From Octopus sinensis (lineage: Eukaryota), in contig NW_021833877.1 of NCBI RefSeq assembly GCF_006345805.1, forward strand, positions 1,743 to 65,742: a DNA stretch of 64,000 bases. The letters run 5' to 3'. Numbering within the stretch: the stretch's first letter is position 1; each line of letters starts with the position of its first letter. The position numbers and the translations under genes are program-made. Below the pieces are notes generated by a model, which saw only the letters and a list, made by a program, of their open reading frames with translations, was not told the origin of the DNA and ran no database searches. Below, piece after piece: positions 1-11,780 of the stretch.

Positions 1-870
1 TGATGGGTACGCAAGTAGCCCCCACATACGCCAACTTAGTCGTGGGATTCAACGAACAAAAGATCTACAATCAATCTCTTCTATATTCGGTGACACGTTT
101 CATACACAACTCAGAAGCAACTGGAAAAGATACCTAGATGATTGCTTTATCTTACGGCGGGAAATCATTGACAATCTAACTGAATTTTTTAAAAAGTCAA
201 ACAACTTCAGCAATAGCATCGAATTCACAATGGAGTTCAATCCTAAAGAACTCGCTTTTCTGGATATCCTAATCACCAACAAAGATAGGGAAAAAGAAGC
301 GGACATACTCTACAAACCCACTGACTCCAAACAGCACCGTCTTTTTTACATCATGTCACCCGACACACATCAAATTCAACATTCCCTTCAACCTGGCAAA
401 ACGAATTTGTACCATAGTATCAGAACCATCCAAACGTGAACAAAGACAAGAAGAACTGAAGGACACACTTATCCAAAAAGCCTTCGCTCCTGGCATAATC
501 ACCAACAGAATAAACAAGGCAAAACAAATGGATGTCAATGAACTTAGGAAAACAAAAAACAAAAGAAGGGAAAATGTTTTACCATTCGTGTCAACCTTCA
601 ATCCCAGAAACACCGAAATATTTGATCATATCCACAAAAACCTCCCCATTTTATTTGCAGATGAAAAAATGAGAAAAATCTTAGAAAAACCACAAATGAT
701 CAAAAGCAAAGGGCAGTCCAAAACACTAAAACTCATTCTCACTGGAGCAAAAAACGCACAAAGAAACCCCCAACCCAACTGTCACAAATGCGGAAGAACA
801 AACGATATCACTTGCCGTTAACTAATTGAGGGACCAGCATTTAAATTCGAAGACGGCCAAATCTTCATAG
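1..870 (+). mobile_element. Penelope-like element (PLE) reverse transcriptase/thumb/linker remnant, frameshifted, truncated by the window start
   Basis: Translation from nt 3 gives MGTQVAPTYANLVVGF (PLE RT motif like MGxxxAPxYANLFM), then WKRYLDDCF near 123-150 (catalytic YxDD). Later segments read VLPFVSTFNPRNTEIFDHIHKNLPIL and CHKCGR, typical of the PLE linker before GIY-YIG. Multiple frameshifts. Confidence 0.8.
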
Positions 871-888
871 TTGAATCCAAATACATAT

Positions 889-894
<6 letters not shown>

Positions 895-949
<55 letters not shown>

Positions 950-996
950 ATATGTGTGTGTGTGTGTGTGTGTATGTATATATATATATATATATC

Positions 997-1027
<31 letters not shown>

Positions 1028-1132
1028 TATACTATATGTATATAATATGTATATATATATATGTATATATAAATATATATATATATAATATATATATATA
1101 TATATGTATCTATAGTATATATTATGTATGTA

Positions 1133-1164
<32 letters not shown>

Positions 1165-1179
1165 TGTGTGTGTGTGTGT

Positions 1180-1251
<72 letters not shown>

Positions 1252-1252
1252 C

Positions 1253-1295
<43 letters not shown>
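895..1295. repeat. Compound microsatellite (TA)n/(TG)n/(GATA)n
   Basis: Directly visible; explains ORFs 865-1473, 871-1191 and 1139-1339. Confidence 0.97.
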
Positions 1296-1300
<5 letters not shown>

Positions 1301-1397
1301 TGATAGATAGGCGGATGCATGGATAGTTCGGGCCTCCACACAGTTTTCGTCAGCCGAATGCCAATCACATAGTAATGATCAACCGTAACCTTTGAAA

Positions 1398-1433
<36 letters not shown>

Positions 1434-2030
1434 GAGAGACTTGGCTAATGTTATGTGCAATGGCATTGAACACTGACCCACCTGGTTACAAAGGAATCTT
1501 CTCTGCGTATCACCAAACAGCCTTAACCGTAATCCGTTTTACGTATATATAAATATACATGGCGGTGGAGTTGTAACAGTCTATACGGCTGACGCTGTCC
1601 GATATTAATTATGTATTTCCCAACCGGCATTTGACGTAATGTAGTTTACTCGTATGCAAATATGTTTGGTTTTGGCTATGGAAGTCGAATCAGTCTCACA
1701 TTGTTTGCGTAACGGAATGTCTGTGTAAGTACGCTCTTCAAATCTCGTGTGTTTGTAGTTTCTGCATGCGTAATTGTAATCGTCGACAGACTCACACACA
1801 CACGCAGCTGATTGGTGACGGCGAGTTTACTTGGAGATAAGAAAAGAATTAGGATTGGTTAACAGTTTCGCCTTGCAGCTTTTGTGATGTAACCGGAGTT
1901 AAATTGACATAATTGAGAACTGGAACGTCGTTGCGAAACTCGACTCACTGGAGGCCTTACTACCACATGCAGACATACATACATACATATACATATATAT
2001 ATGTGTGTGTAAAGATATTGTTATTAATAA

Positions 2031-2086
<56 letters not shown>

Positions 2087-2129
2087 TAAATAATATATAT
2101 ATAAATATATATACATGCATATATGGGTA

Positions 2130-2290
2130 CAGGACGTCACCATATGTGCAAATAGCATGAAATACGCAAACAAACGAGTTAAATACGTAAACAACGAGAA
2201 AAAATGGACAACAGAACAAATAAACACAGAGAAAGGGCCCTTCATCAGTTGTCGGCTGTCTGTCTACTCCTCATTTCGAGCATTCAACGA
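2130..2290 (-). repeat. Interspersed repeat, probable PLE 3' terminal (pLTR-like) fragment; related copy at about 12110-12290 (+)
   Basis: Reverse complement reads ...gacagccgacaaCTGATGAagggccc..., matching ...cagacaacaaCTGATGAagggtcg... at about 12136-12160. Both copies end in (TA)n. Confidence 0.5.
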
Positions 2291-2344
2291 ATATATATAT
2301 ATATAATTATCTATTATATATATATATATATAATATATACATAT

Positions 2345-2424
<80 letters not shown>

Positions 2425-3411
2425 ATGTATGTATGTATTTATATATATGTATATAATATAAATACAAAATATATAGATATATATATACGAGCAAAACGCC
2501 CCCATCCAATGGACGGTGCTGATTTGTCAACCATTTAAACCAAATTTTCTCAAAACAACTTGTCTGACCATCCCATAGGCCTCCCCTTTGAGAAACAGTG
2601 ATTTAACCTAAATTTGAGACACCGTGCATTTTTTTTCGCGTACGCGTAGTATCGATCGCAATAGCCGATGTACTTGCGCCTACAAATGCACGTTCCCTCG
2701 GCTTTATCGATCACATTCTCAGCTGGAATCGATTTTTGTAAGTTTTTCAAGACTTATACACGCTCTGATACCGTCGGTATCTACATATCAAATTTGAGCG
2801 CAATCGGATGGAGGATGCCCGAGATCCTAGAAGACACACACAGAGACAGACAGAACGGATTTTATATAATATATAAAGGGCAAAAGAAAAAAATTCTGTA
2901 CCAATATGCTGAGAAATAGACTTTAAATCGTCAATCACCACATACAATATACATCTCAATATACACGTGTGCTGAGACTCGTTACGGAATTTTATATTTA
3001 GATATATCTGGGATACTTATGTGTAATCATGACATTTGCTTCTCTTTTTTTTCCTTGGTTGCTTGTAAGTATTTCATTTATTTCTTATCGTATTCTCTGC
3101 TGATGAGGGGAAAATCCGTTGGATTAATCCCGAAATTGATTCAATATAGAGATAACATATTTAATAAAAAAATTCCATTAGCTTGCTTTCCTCGATTTCA
3201 GTGAAACGTGTATTCATAGAGATGTATATTGTAGGTGGGATTTGCACTCCGACCTCGTAAACCCTTGCCAGCAACGACTACCCAAAACAGACCCCCACCC
3301 ATGAGTTGGAGGGTTGTCACCTGTGTGGTACAAAGGTGTTATCCACCATGAATAGAGAACCGCCGATAAATGGTGATTGCAGCGACGCACTGTTACAGCG
3401 CAATCCCCCAT

Positions 3412-3431
3412 ACCACTACTACAACTACTAT

Positions 3432-3476
<45 letters not shown>

Positions 3477-3688
3477 CATCGCCACTACTACTACCACTAC
3501 CGCCATTACTACTACTATTAATACTACCACCACCACTACTACTACTACCAACACTAACTACTATACTACTACTACCACTACTACTACCACCACCACCACT
3601 ACTATCACTACCGCCACTACTACTACTATTAATACTATCACCACCACCACTACTTCTACTACCACCACTATTACTACTACCACTACCG

Positions 3689-3731
<43 letters not shown>

Positions 3732-3735
3732 AATA
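3412..3735. repeat. (CTA/CCA)n trinucleotide array
   Basis: Directly visible; source of the poly-T/L/Y/S ORFs. Confidence 0.97.
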
Positions 3736-3839
3736 TAGTATAATAATCATGTAGAATGTCATACATATTACCTACAGTGCTACCCGGAGTGACTTTGAAA
3801 ACTCACTTGGGCAATATCAGAAAATACGGTGTACATACC

Positions 3840-3874
<35 letters not shown>

Positions 3875-4476
3875 TTATCTTTTATGAAATTTGCCATTCT
3901 CTTTGCCTTGTTTTTCTTTCCCTTGTTCTCCTCTTCGTTTCCTTTTCTTGTTTATTTCTTCCATTTTCTAATGTAATTTTGCAATTACATAAAAACCATT
4001 AATTCAAAGAAAAATCTTTATATATACGTTTGAATGGCGATCGTTTCCATTGATAATTTGGTCTAAGCATTGTAAACAGGATCGCCTTGTTTAGAGATGT
4101 TATAAAAACTCGTTAGATTTGTTTTTATTGTTAATAAAACACTAATTCAATTTAAATGAATAGAGAGAAAAAGAAGTGAAAAAGTATAAAATGTTTACCG
4201 TGTTAGATTTTTTTTCCTGCTCTTTCGTTTTAGTATTCGACGTTTGAAATGTCTTACATGCGTCTATCACAATCGTATCGGCTGCACTTAAAATCACGTG
4301 ACACTTCCTCTCATTCCTTCTGCCGTCTGCTACACCTAACTGTTACTCTAACCGCATAGAAATACTCTGGAACTTGTCAGCAAAATTCTAAACACGGTGT
4401 TTTCTTACTTGGAAAATATATTATAAAAGGGTAATTAGGTCAGTTTAATTAATCTTAGTAATCATGGATAGTATTT

Positions 4477-4894
4477 GTTATTTCTTTACGACCCACAAGG
4501 GGCTAAACACAGAGGGGACAAATAAGGACAGACAAATGGATTAAGTCGATTACATCGACTCCAGTGCGTAACTGGTACTTAATTTATCGACCCCGAAAGG
4601 ATGAAAGGCAAAGTTGACCTCGGCGGAATTTGAACTCAGAACGTAACGGCAGACGAAATACCTTTTTGTTTACTACCCACAAGGGGCTAAACACAGAGGG
4701 GACAAACAAGGACAGACAAACGGATTAAGTCGATTATATCGACCCCAGTGCGTAACTGGTACTTAATTTATCGATCCCGAAAGGATGAAAGGCAAAGTCG
4801 ACCTCGGCGGAGTTTGAACTCAGAACGTAACGGCAGACGAAATACCGCTAAGCATTTCGCCCAGCGTGCTAACGTTTCTGCCAGCTCGCCGCCT
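4477..4894 (-). mobile_element. tRNA-derived SINE (family A), internally duplicated form, with target-site duplication
   Basis: Head aaggcggcgagctggcagaaacgttagc, B-box-like gagttcaaattcc and core gtcgactttgcctttcatcctttcggggtcgataaattaagtaccag (core present twice). Flanked by tcatggatagtattt (4462-4476) and tcatgggtagtattt (4895-4909). More than 15 related copies in the window. The core resembles, from memory, the Meta-type SINE central domain. Confidence 0.9.
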
Positions 4895-5164
4895 TCATGG
4901 GTAGTATTTACACGCTTGTCATGTAGTCAAGAAATTTTTTTAAAAAATGAATGTAAATTGACCGGAAGTGACGAAAGTAACATCCCGTAATTTCATAAAG
5001 AGTAAAGAGGATATACAGAGAACTGGTGAAACCCACCGAATTTTATTAACAAAAATTCCTCATTATGGAGCTTTGCTGTACTTCCGTGACTGTTATGTCT
5101 TCCCATAAATATGATTGTCTTCATCTTAAAAGAGTGTGTGTCTCTGTGTGTGTATGTGTGTATA

Positions 5165-5279
5165 CGAGGGGTGTATAAAAAGTCTTGAGCCTCAAAAAAA
5201 CAAAACATAGTATAAGACTTCAGACGAAGGTACAAGACTTCAAGGCCTTGAAGGTTCAAAACTTTTCATACACCCCTCA
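5165..5279. mobile_element. Mariner/Tc1-type MITE, 115 bp, about 28 bp TIRs, TA target duplication
   Basis: TA|CGAGGGGTGTATAAAAAGTCTTGAGCCT ... AGGTTCAAAACTTTTCATACACCCCTCA|TA: terminal inverted repeats with 4 mismatches, TA on both sides (5163-64, 5280-81). Confidence 0.8.
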
Positions 5280-5624
5280 TATGTGTTTGCGCGGTTTTCC
5301 AGTTGTATAAAATATATGGACGTTCGATTCATTGGTTAAATTACAAATTGTTTACATAAAATTATCGGATTTCACTTTCATCACTTCCGGTGAAGTTCGT
5401 TTCATTATTTTGAACTGCTAAACTGTATGTTAACTGATACCATGAGTTTACTGTCAGATATACTCATTAGATTATTTTTGTATTATATGAAATAGAATAC
5501 CCACATATCGATTAATCCCCAAGATTTGAATATTGACTTTTATCAGATAATTTGTATAGAAATAAATAAATATACGATAAATAAGACCCCAAAGTACTAT
5601 GTGTAGATGCATATAACTATTATT

Positions 5625-5686
5625 ATATAATAGTTAAGAACACGGGTTACTAACCCCAAGATTCCGAGTTTGAGTCCAGGCAGTGA

Positions 5687-5781
<95 letters not shown>

Positions 5782-5935
5782 TAGAAAATTACCTTAGGAA
5801 TGGGAACCCAGGTTCGAAATTTCCTCAAGACACCTGAAGGCTGGAGAGTATATCAGCCGAAACGTTGTGTTAACAACAAACAAGATGAGGACAAATATCC
5901 GTCAAATGTAAACAATGTAAATAATGTAAATAAAA
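5625..5935 (+). mobile_element. Composite repeat: tRNA-like head + (AAT)n + degenerate hammerhead-like tail
   Basis: Anticodon-arm-like ggg-ttactaa-ccc and B-box-like gagtttgagtcc (5666-5677), an (AAT)n tract, then gacac-ctga-aggctg...cagcc-gaaa-cgtt-gtgtt (5829-5871). Confidence 0.55.
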
Positions 5936-5944
5936 GAAAGTGCA

Positions 5945-5989
<45 letters not shown>

Positions 5990-6744
5990 GTGTGTATGTG
6001 TGTGTGGTGTGTGTGGTGTGTGTGTGAAATCATCCGTCTGTTTATTTGCTTCCTAGCAACGAACCGCAACGAAACCCAAACTTTACAACACATAACCCAA
6101 AAGGCACAACTCAGACCATACGACCGAACAATCCAGTCCGTAAATACGTAACGCGAAGCCAACGCCAAACTGAGCAAACCGAAACCCAAACCAAACACCA
6201 TACAGGTACCCGATTCACCTAACGTACACTTAACTCCGAAAGGGTGATCTGTATTAGAATGGCGACAACCCACCTCCTAAATGTTAGCATCTACACATCT
6301 CCAAATCATCCTCAACAATACATCTTATATATTAGCAACAACCCAACTCCCTCACGTTAGCAACAACTCATATCCAATGCATTAGCAACGACCCAGCTAT
6401 ATCTATCAACACAGAAAACCAAAATCAATAGAAACAGATTAGGTTCAATTATTCCCACCCATTTCCTACGATGTCTGTATTCTCTTCATTTAACTCTGTT
6501 GCTGCCAATTCCAGCGTAAAACTTCTCTTTATCTACACAAATTCCCCGCTTCTCTACGGCTGATATCATAAAGGGACATTTGATTTAAGATATCAGAATG
6601 TCGCCGTCTAACCCGGCTTCCCAATTAGACTCACACATGCACACACACACACACACACACACACGTGTATTTTACATTCTTACATATATACACACAGTCA
6701 CATATACACACACACAAACACACACACATATATATATACGGATA

Positions 6745-6781
<37 letters not shown>

Positions 6782-7624
6782 TATATATATATATATATAT
6801 ATATATACTTATAGTTATAAAAATAGATACATATATATATATATATATACATACGTATACACATACACACGTTCATCTTACATTCTTACATATATACACA
6901 CAGACGCAGACACACACACATATATGATATATGTATATCTATATCTACATCTCTCTCTCTCTCTCTCTATTATATATAATATATATATATATATATTATA
7001 TATATATACATATATATATATATACCTATAGATTATATATAGATATATAGATATATATACCTATAGATATATAAATAGATATAGATATATATACCTATAG
7101 ATATATAAATAGATACATACACATACATACATATACATACATACATATATACATATGTATATATATATACACACAAACATATATATATAAATACACATAC
7201 GTGCTCACATATATATATATACATATGCATACAAGCGTGCAAACATACATGACATACGTACATAGACACACATATATATTCGTTTACACTGAGGCACACA
7301 CATGACATTTAATCGATCTGTTTGTATATTGAAATGAAAACTCGAATCACATTGGCTTGAAATTCGAATCAAATTCAATACGGAATTCTGAGAGAACGAA
7401 CCGAGTACTGAAGGGAAAGGGTGTTACTTTAGACATTTTTGTATAAGTACTAATGTGTATTTAAGGAGATCGTGTCGCACTCACATTAGGTGAAACACGC
7501 TGACTGACAGGTGACGGTCGTTTAGAAAAAGCGCGCGCTAAAACTACGCGCCTTCACTAGTCAGTTAAGGTGAGACAGTGTCATGTGACAACTTGCTGGA
7601 GCTGCCTACTGGAGCCTATGCGGC

Positions 7625-7905
7625 AGGTATTTAAAGGGAAAAATTTTGACAAGACAGTCAGTCACCGGCTGACACTCGCTGACGATACATCGAATAGGCC
7701 AGGGAACAGAAGAAAGAAGAAAGAAGACATGCACCCAACACCAGAGCTGAACACACCTCCGAAAGGGGGGACCCCGCCACGTCAAAACGGTAGAGGAGTA
7801 GGGGCCGAAACTGGACGTAGTTCCTCCTGATGATGTCTTGAGCTAACTGGATCCAATAAAGGAGCTGTTGTGGTAGCAGACCACGAAACACGGTTGTAAT
7901 ACCCC
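7625..7905 (+). repeat. Interspersed repeat family B, copy 1 (copy 2 inverted at 31690-31958)
   Basis: About 280 bp align by eye to the reverse complement of 31690-31958 (gtatttaaagggaaa...cagtcacc...gccagggaacagaagaaagaag...aaaacggtagaggagtaggggccgaaa...cctgatgatgtct...ggagctgttg). Confidence 0.85.
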
Positions 7906-8015
7906 AGGCACGTCCACCGGGGAATACATTAGACGATGTCGTATACTATAGGCTAGCATTGACAAATACGTTGTGCGTGGAATTTGCTAGAATGTAAACC
8001 TCTATATTCTTTTCT

Positions 8016-8131
8016 ACTCTAGGTACAAGGCCCGAAATTTTGGGAGAGGGGGCAAGTGGTACTTAATCTATTAACCCCGAAAGGATGAAAGGCAAAGTCG
8101 ACCTCGACGGAATTTGAACTCAGAACGTAAA
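8016..8131 (-). mobile_element. SINE family A, partial
   Basis: ccccgaaaggatgaaaggcaaagtcgacctcgacggaatttgaactcagaacgta. Confidence 0.85.
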
Positions 8132-8139
8132 AACCTCTG

Positions 8140-8660
8140 TATTGCTTTCGGTTTTGTTTGTATAGTGACTATTAAGGGACTCGTGCAGTGTCCAACCATT
8201 TCAGACCTGTGGGCTTGTGCCGAACGGCTGCTGTCACGTGTGGGACGAGTCCGCCTGCCGGCCGAGTCTATCGTGATAATTGCAAGGCAAGGCAGTTTTC
8301 ATCGTACTGGTGGCCATGGTGAAAGAATGTGTGTGGTGGACTCGAGCGAAAGGATTAGAGACAAACACTTACCTCTCTGGCCAATCGCTCATCAACTTTT
8401 TCAAGTACCATTGAAAAGAAAGGTGAGAATGGAGAGGCAGGTTTTGTCTCGTGAAAGTTTCAAAAAAAAGGTGGGTGAATGTATCAAAGATGGTGTGTGC
8501 GAGTGACGAAACCACTTTGAGCATGATCCTGTAAATCGTAAAAGAGAGAGAGAGAACACTTTGCTTTCATATGTTTATTTCCTCCCTGTCTGAGGTTACC
8601 GTGGTCTTTTCCGTAGGCTTTTCTTCCCACGGATGAACCTAATCTTGTTTCTTACTTTAA
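8140..8660 (+). mobile_element. L1/Tx1-type LINE 3' end remnant (region after the CCHC knuckle plus 3' UTR)
   Basis: LVQCPTISDLWACAERLLSRVGRVRL, then a frameshifted ...LINFFKYHLKRKVRMERQVLSRESFKK, resembling the C-terminus of L1/Tx1 ORF2. Same clade as the fragments at 55300-58545. Confidence 0.65.
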
Positions 8661-8845
8661 AAAAAAAATTGTTTCTGTGATACATGATCCCTTTTGATCG
8701 CCTTTTTACCCCCGATCCCTTTTCATCGGAATTTTACATTTGTTTCCTTTTTGGTTCCTTTTTTCTTTTCCCATCTTCGAAAAGAAAAGCTCTACATTTG
8801 CATTTGTCCCCTCTGTATTCAGCCCCGTGTGGCCAATAAAGAAAG

Positions 8846-8847
<2 letters not shown>

Positions 8848-8929
<82 letters not shown>

Positions 8930-8930
8930 A

Positions 8931-8983
<53 letters not shown>
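8848..8983. repeat. (TATC)n tetranucleotide array
   Basis: Directly visible. Confidence 0.97.
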
Positions 8984-8984
<1 letters not shown>

Positions 8985-9209
8985 ACTACATATCAGCAAG
9001 GAAAGTCCAAATATATAGCTTACTCTTAAATTTGGGTTTTATCGTAAATCCCTTCACACAAAGTACGAGATCAAATGCACAGAGTACGGATAAGCGTGTA
9101 AACTTCCGGTGTGGTATGAACCTTACTGCAAAAATTGCCGCATGCTGACCTCACTTTAGTGGGAAGCTCTCCCTAGGCTATAATTTATGAAGAAAAATTT
9201 ATTTAACTT

Positions 9210-9510
9210 TCAGCATCGAGGGAAGTTTTCTAAACTTCCGTTTGGATGAGTGAATTCAAAAGATGATTTAATATAAAATACTTCTCAGTAGTTAGCCTAT
9301 ATATACTAGTTTTTATGGTAAATATGTGGTATATTCTGCTCTATAATTTTCCAATTGATTTTGAACTTGTCATTCAGCTTCCATATATAGCTGGAAAATG
9401 CTGTAACAATTCTCTTCTGGAGTTTTTTCTTTTCCTTTTTCTTTTTTGAGGACTTGTCATTATTGAGACAGTGCTTCTTAAATCTTCCATCGTGTCTGTA
9501 ATACAACTCA
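9210..9510 (-). mobile_element. PLE GIY-YIG endonuclease C-terminal remnant
   Basis: Minus-strand translation TAFSSYIWKLNDKFKINWKIIEQ...FEFTHPNGSL resembles the TxLSxYIWxLK...WKII tail of PLE endonucleases; in-frame stops present. Confidence 0.55.
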
Positions 9511-10583
9511 GTATTACAAATCTGACTGAGCTGAGCAAAATGCGAAGATGAAAGTGTATGTTACTTATAATTATAATATATTATGTTGAGTATGCGGCAA
9601 TATGGCATATTTTTGTAACTAGACACGATTGGAGAAGATCTACATGACACCAGTGCACAGTGACTAATTAACTGTCAGAAGACAGGTTAAAAATTGGACT
9701 TAACTGAAATCAAAATAAATGGCAATCTTGTATATAAAAGTATCATATCTGTTGCTTGGTTCGATAATGCTTTAAGAGTGTTTTCATGAGATGGCAACTC
9801 GGAGGTTTGCAGAAAAAATAAAGAACATTTTCTCCGATCTAATGAGATCGAAATAGACATATTTGGTGCTGCCAACGTCGGAGACAACAGGGATAAAAAT
9901 TTTCCCAAGCATGAGAATTAAATTATGCTTGTTTAAAAAAACAAAAACATTAATTCTTAATTTCTTAAAATTATCTCTCCTTTTCTTCGTAGGTCGCTAA
10001 CAATTCCCGATCGGTTTTAGCTTCCTTTCGCCAACTAAATGGGTAATTTGAATTCATTAAAAGTATTTTGTGTACCTCGTTCAGTACATAACATCTCACT
10101 GACCTGCATGCTATTGGCTTAGTTAAGTTATTCCCCTTAGCTCGCTATAGTTTAATATATGTACGTATATATAGAGAAATACATACAGAATTAGCTTTGA
10201 GATTTGGGCGACATTTCTTTCCAAGATAATCTCATTAAAATGGTTGCCACTGTAATCGCTGTTGCTTTTAATCCTTGTTGTATGTTACTATCCAGTATAT
10301 TTTTGTTTAATATTTATCTTTGTCACACAGATTTGCATAAAACTGCATAATTTTACATACGTTATAATTCCACAATGTTACAAAACAACTTTTTCGTTAA
10401 GAAATTTTATGAGACCCATTATGTTCAGTTTCAAACAGATATTAAATATATATATATATGTTTTTTCAACATATACATGACCATGTGTATGCGCGCGTGT
10501 AAGTGTGTATACATGTAATAAAACAGATGGGATAAACGGTACTAAAAATATGAGTATGTATATATATATAAAACATAATAGCA

Positions 10584-10646
<63 letters not shown>

Positions 10647-10650
<4 letters not shown>

Positions 10651-11006
10651 AATAAGAAAATGGAGGGGATAAATAGGTGGTATTCATCAACTTTTAGACA
10701 TTATATTATGTCAATTTATGTATTTACTAAGAGGGCAATTATAACAATATACATACATGTATAACATATTTTGCTTTACATATATAACATATAAAATATA
10801 AAAATATCACTAATTATTAAAATATATAAAGTAGAGCATCGGTATTTTTATATTTTATATGTTATATATGTAAAGCAAAATATGTTATACATGTATATAT
10901 AATGTTATATTTGTCCTTTTAGTAAATACATAAATAAATTGACATAATATAATGTCTAAAAGTTGATGAATATCACCTATTGATTCCCTCCATTTTCTTA
11001 TTGCTC
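10647..11006. repeat. Fold-back (long inverted repeat), about 160 bp arms, about 34 bp spacer
   Basis: gagcaataagaaaatggaggg...aagttgatgaat (antisense)...ataaaatataaaaat mirrored by atttttatattttat...ccctccattttcttattgctc. Confidence 0.9.
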
Positions 11007-11180
11007 TATAAATTAGGGGTAAAATAACTCTTTACTTTCACCCATTTAGTACACTTGGTAATGTAATTGCGATGCAATGAAAAAACACTTGTGTATTAAT
11101 AATTGGGTATTCTACCAGCAGTATATTGGATAGATATTATCCCTTAGGCGGTTGGATTCACAACCTCTAACTCTCTTGGA

Positions 11181-11228
<48 letters not shown>

Positions 11229-11229
11229 C

Positions 11230-11287
<58 letters not shown>

Positions 11288-11399
11288 TGTGTGTGTGTTG
11301 TAATGACAATAATAATCGTTGGATGGAATTTATAAATATTTTAATGCATCGCTACGTGCGTTTCCACAAATCACACGTTTCTTAGGATCATAGTCCGTA

Positions 11400-11780
11400 T
11401 TCCTGGGATGGTTACATTGTAGTCCGTATTATCCGTGGGCATCGGGTGGATCATCTTCATGGATTGATTTCTTCAGGTGAAATAGCAGTAATGAATGTTT
11501 AACAGTGGTGGTGGTGGTGGTGGTGGGGTTGTTTATTCCTTTTGTCCAGTGAGAAAGTCGATTGAGTTACGTAGGTATTTCTGTGTGTATTTGGTGTGGA
11601 GGAGGAGAAGATGAGGGAAAAATAGGAAGGAACGATAATTATATGGCAATGAACGTGTGTGTGGTGATGTTGGACGTATTTCGCTGTTCATTCAGCAGAT
11701 GTCAAGGATGAGTAATACATTCCTTTGTTCGGACTAACTTCAATGAAGTCTGAAGCAAAAGGGTCAATAGGTCAGCCACT
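11400..11780 (-). mobile_element. Possible highly decayed PLE endonuclease C-terminus
   Basis: Minus-strand LNRLSHWTKGIN resembles the terminal LxTLxPxGxN motif of PLE GIY-YIG domains; otherwise degenerate. Confidence 0.35.

Noticed and set aside
2530-2880. Helitron/HINE-like non-autonomous element
   Set aside because: The end (atcaaatttgagcgcaatcgg...acagacagaac...tttatataat) is suggestive, but there is no second copy or clear terminal hairpin to support the call.
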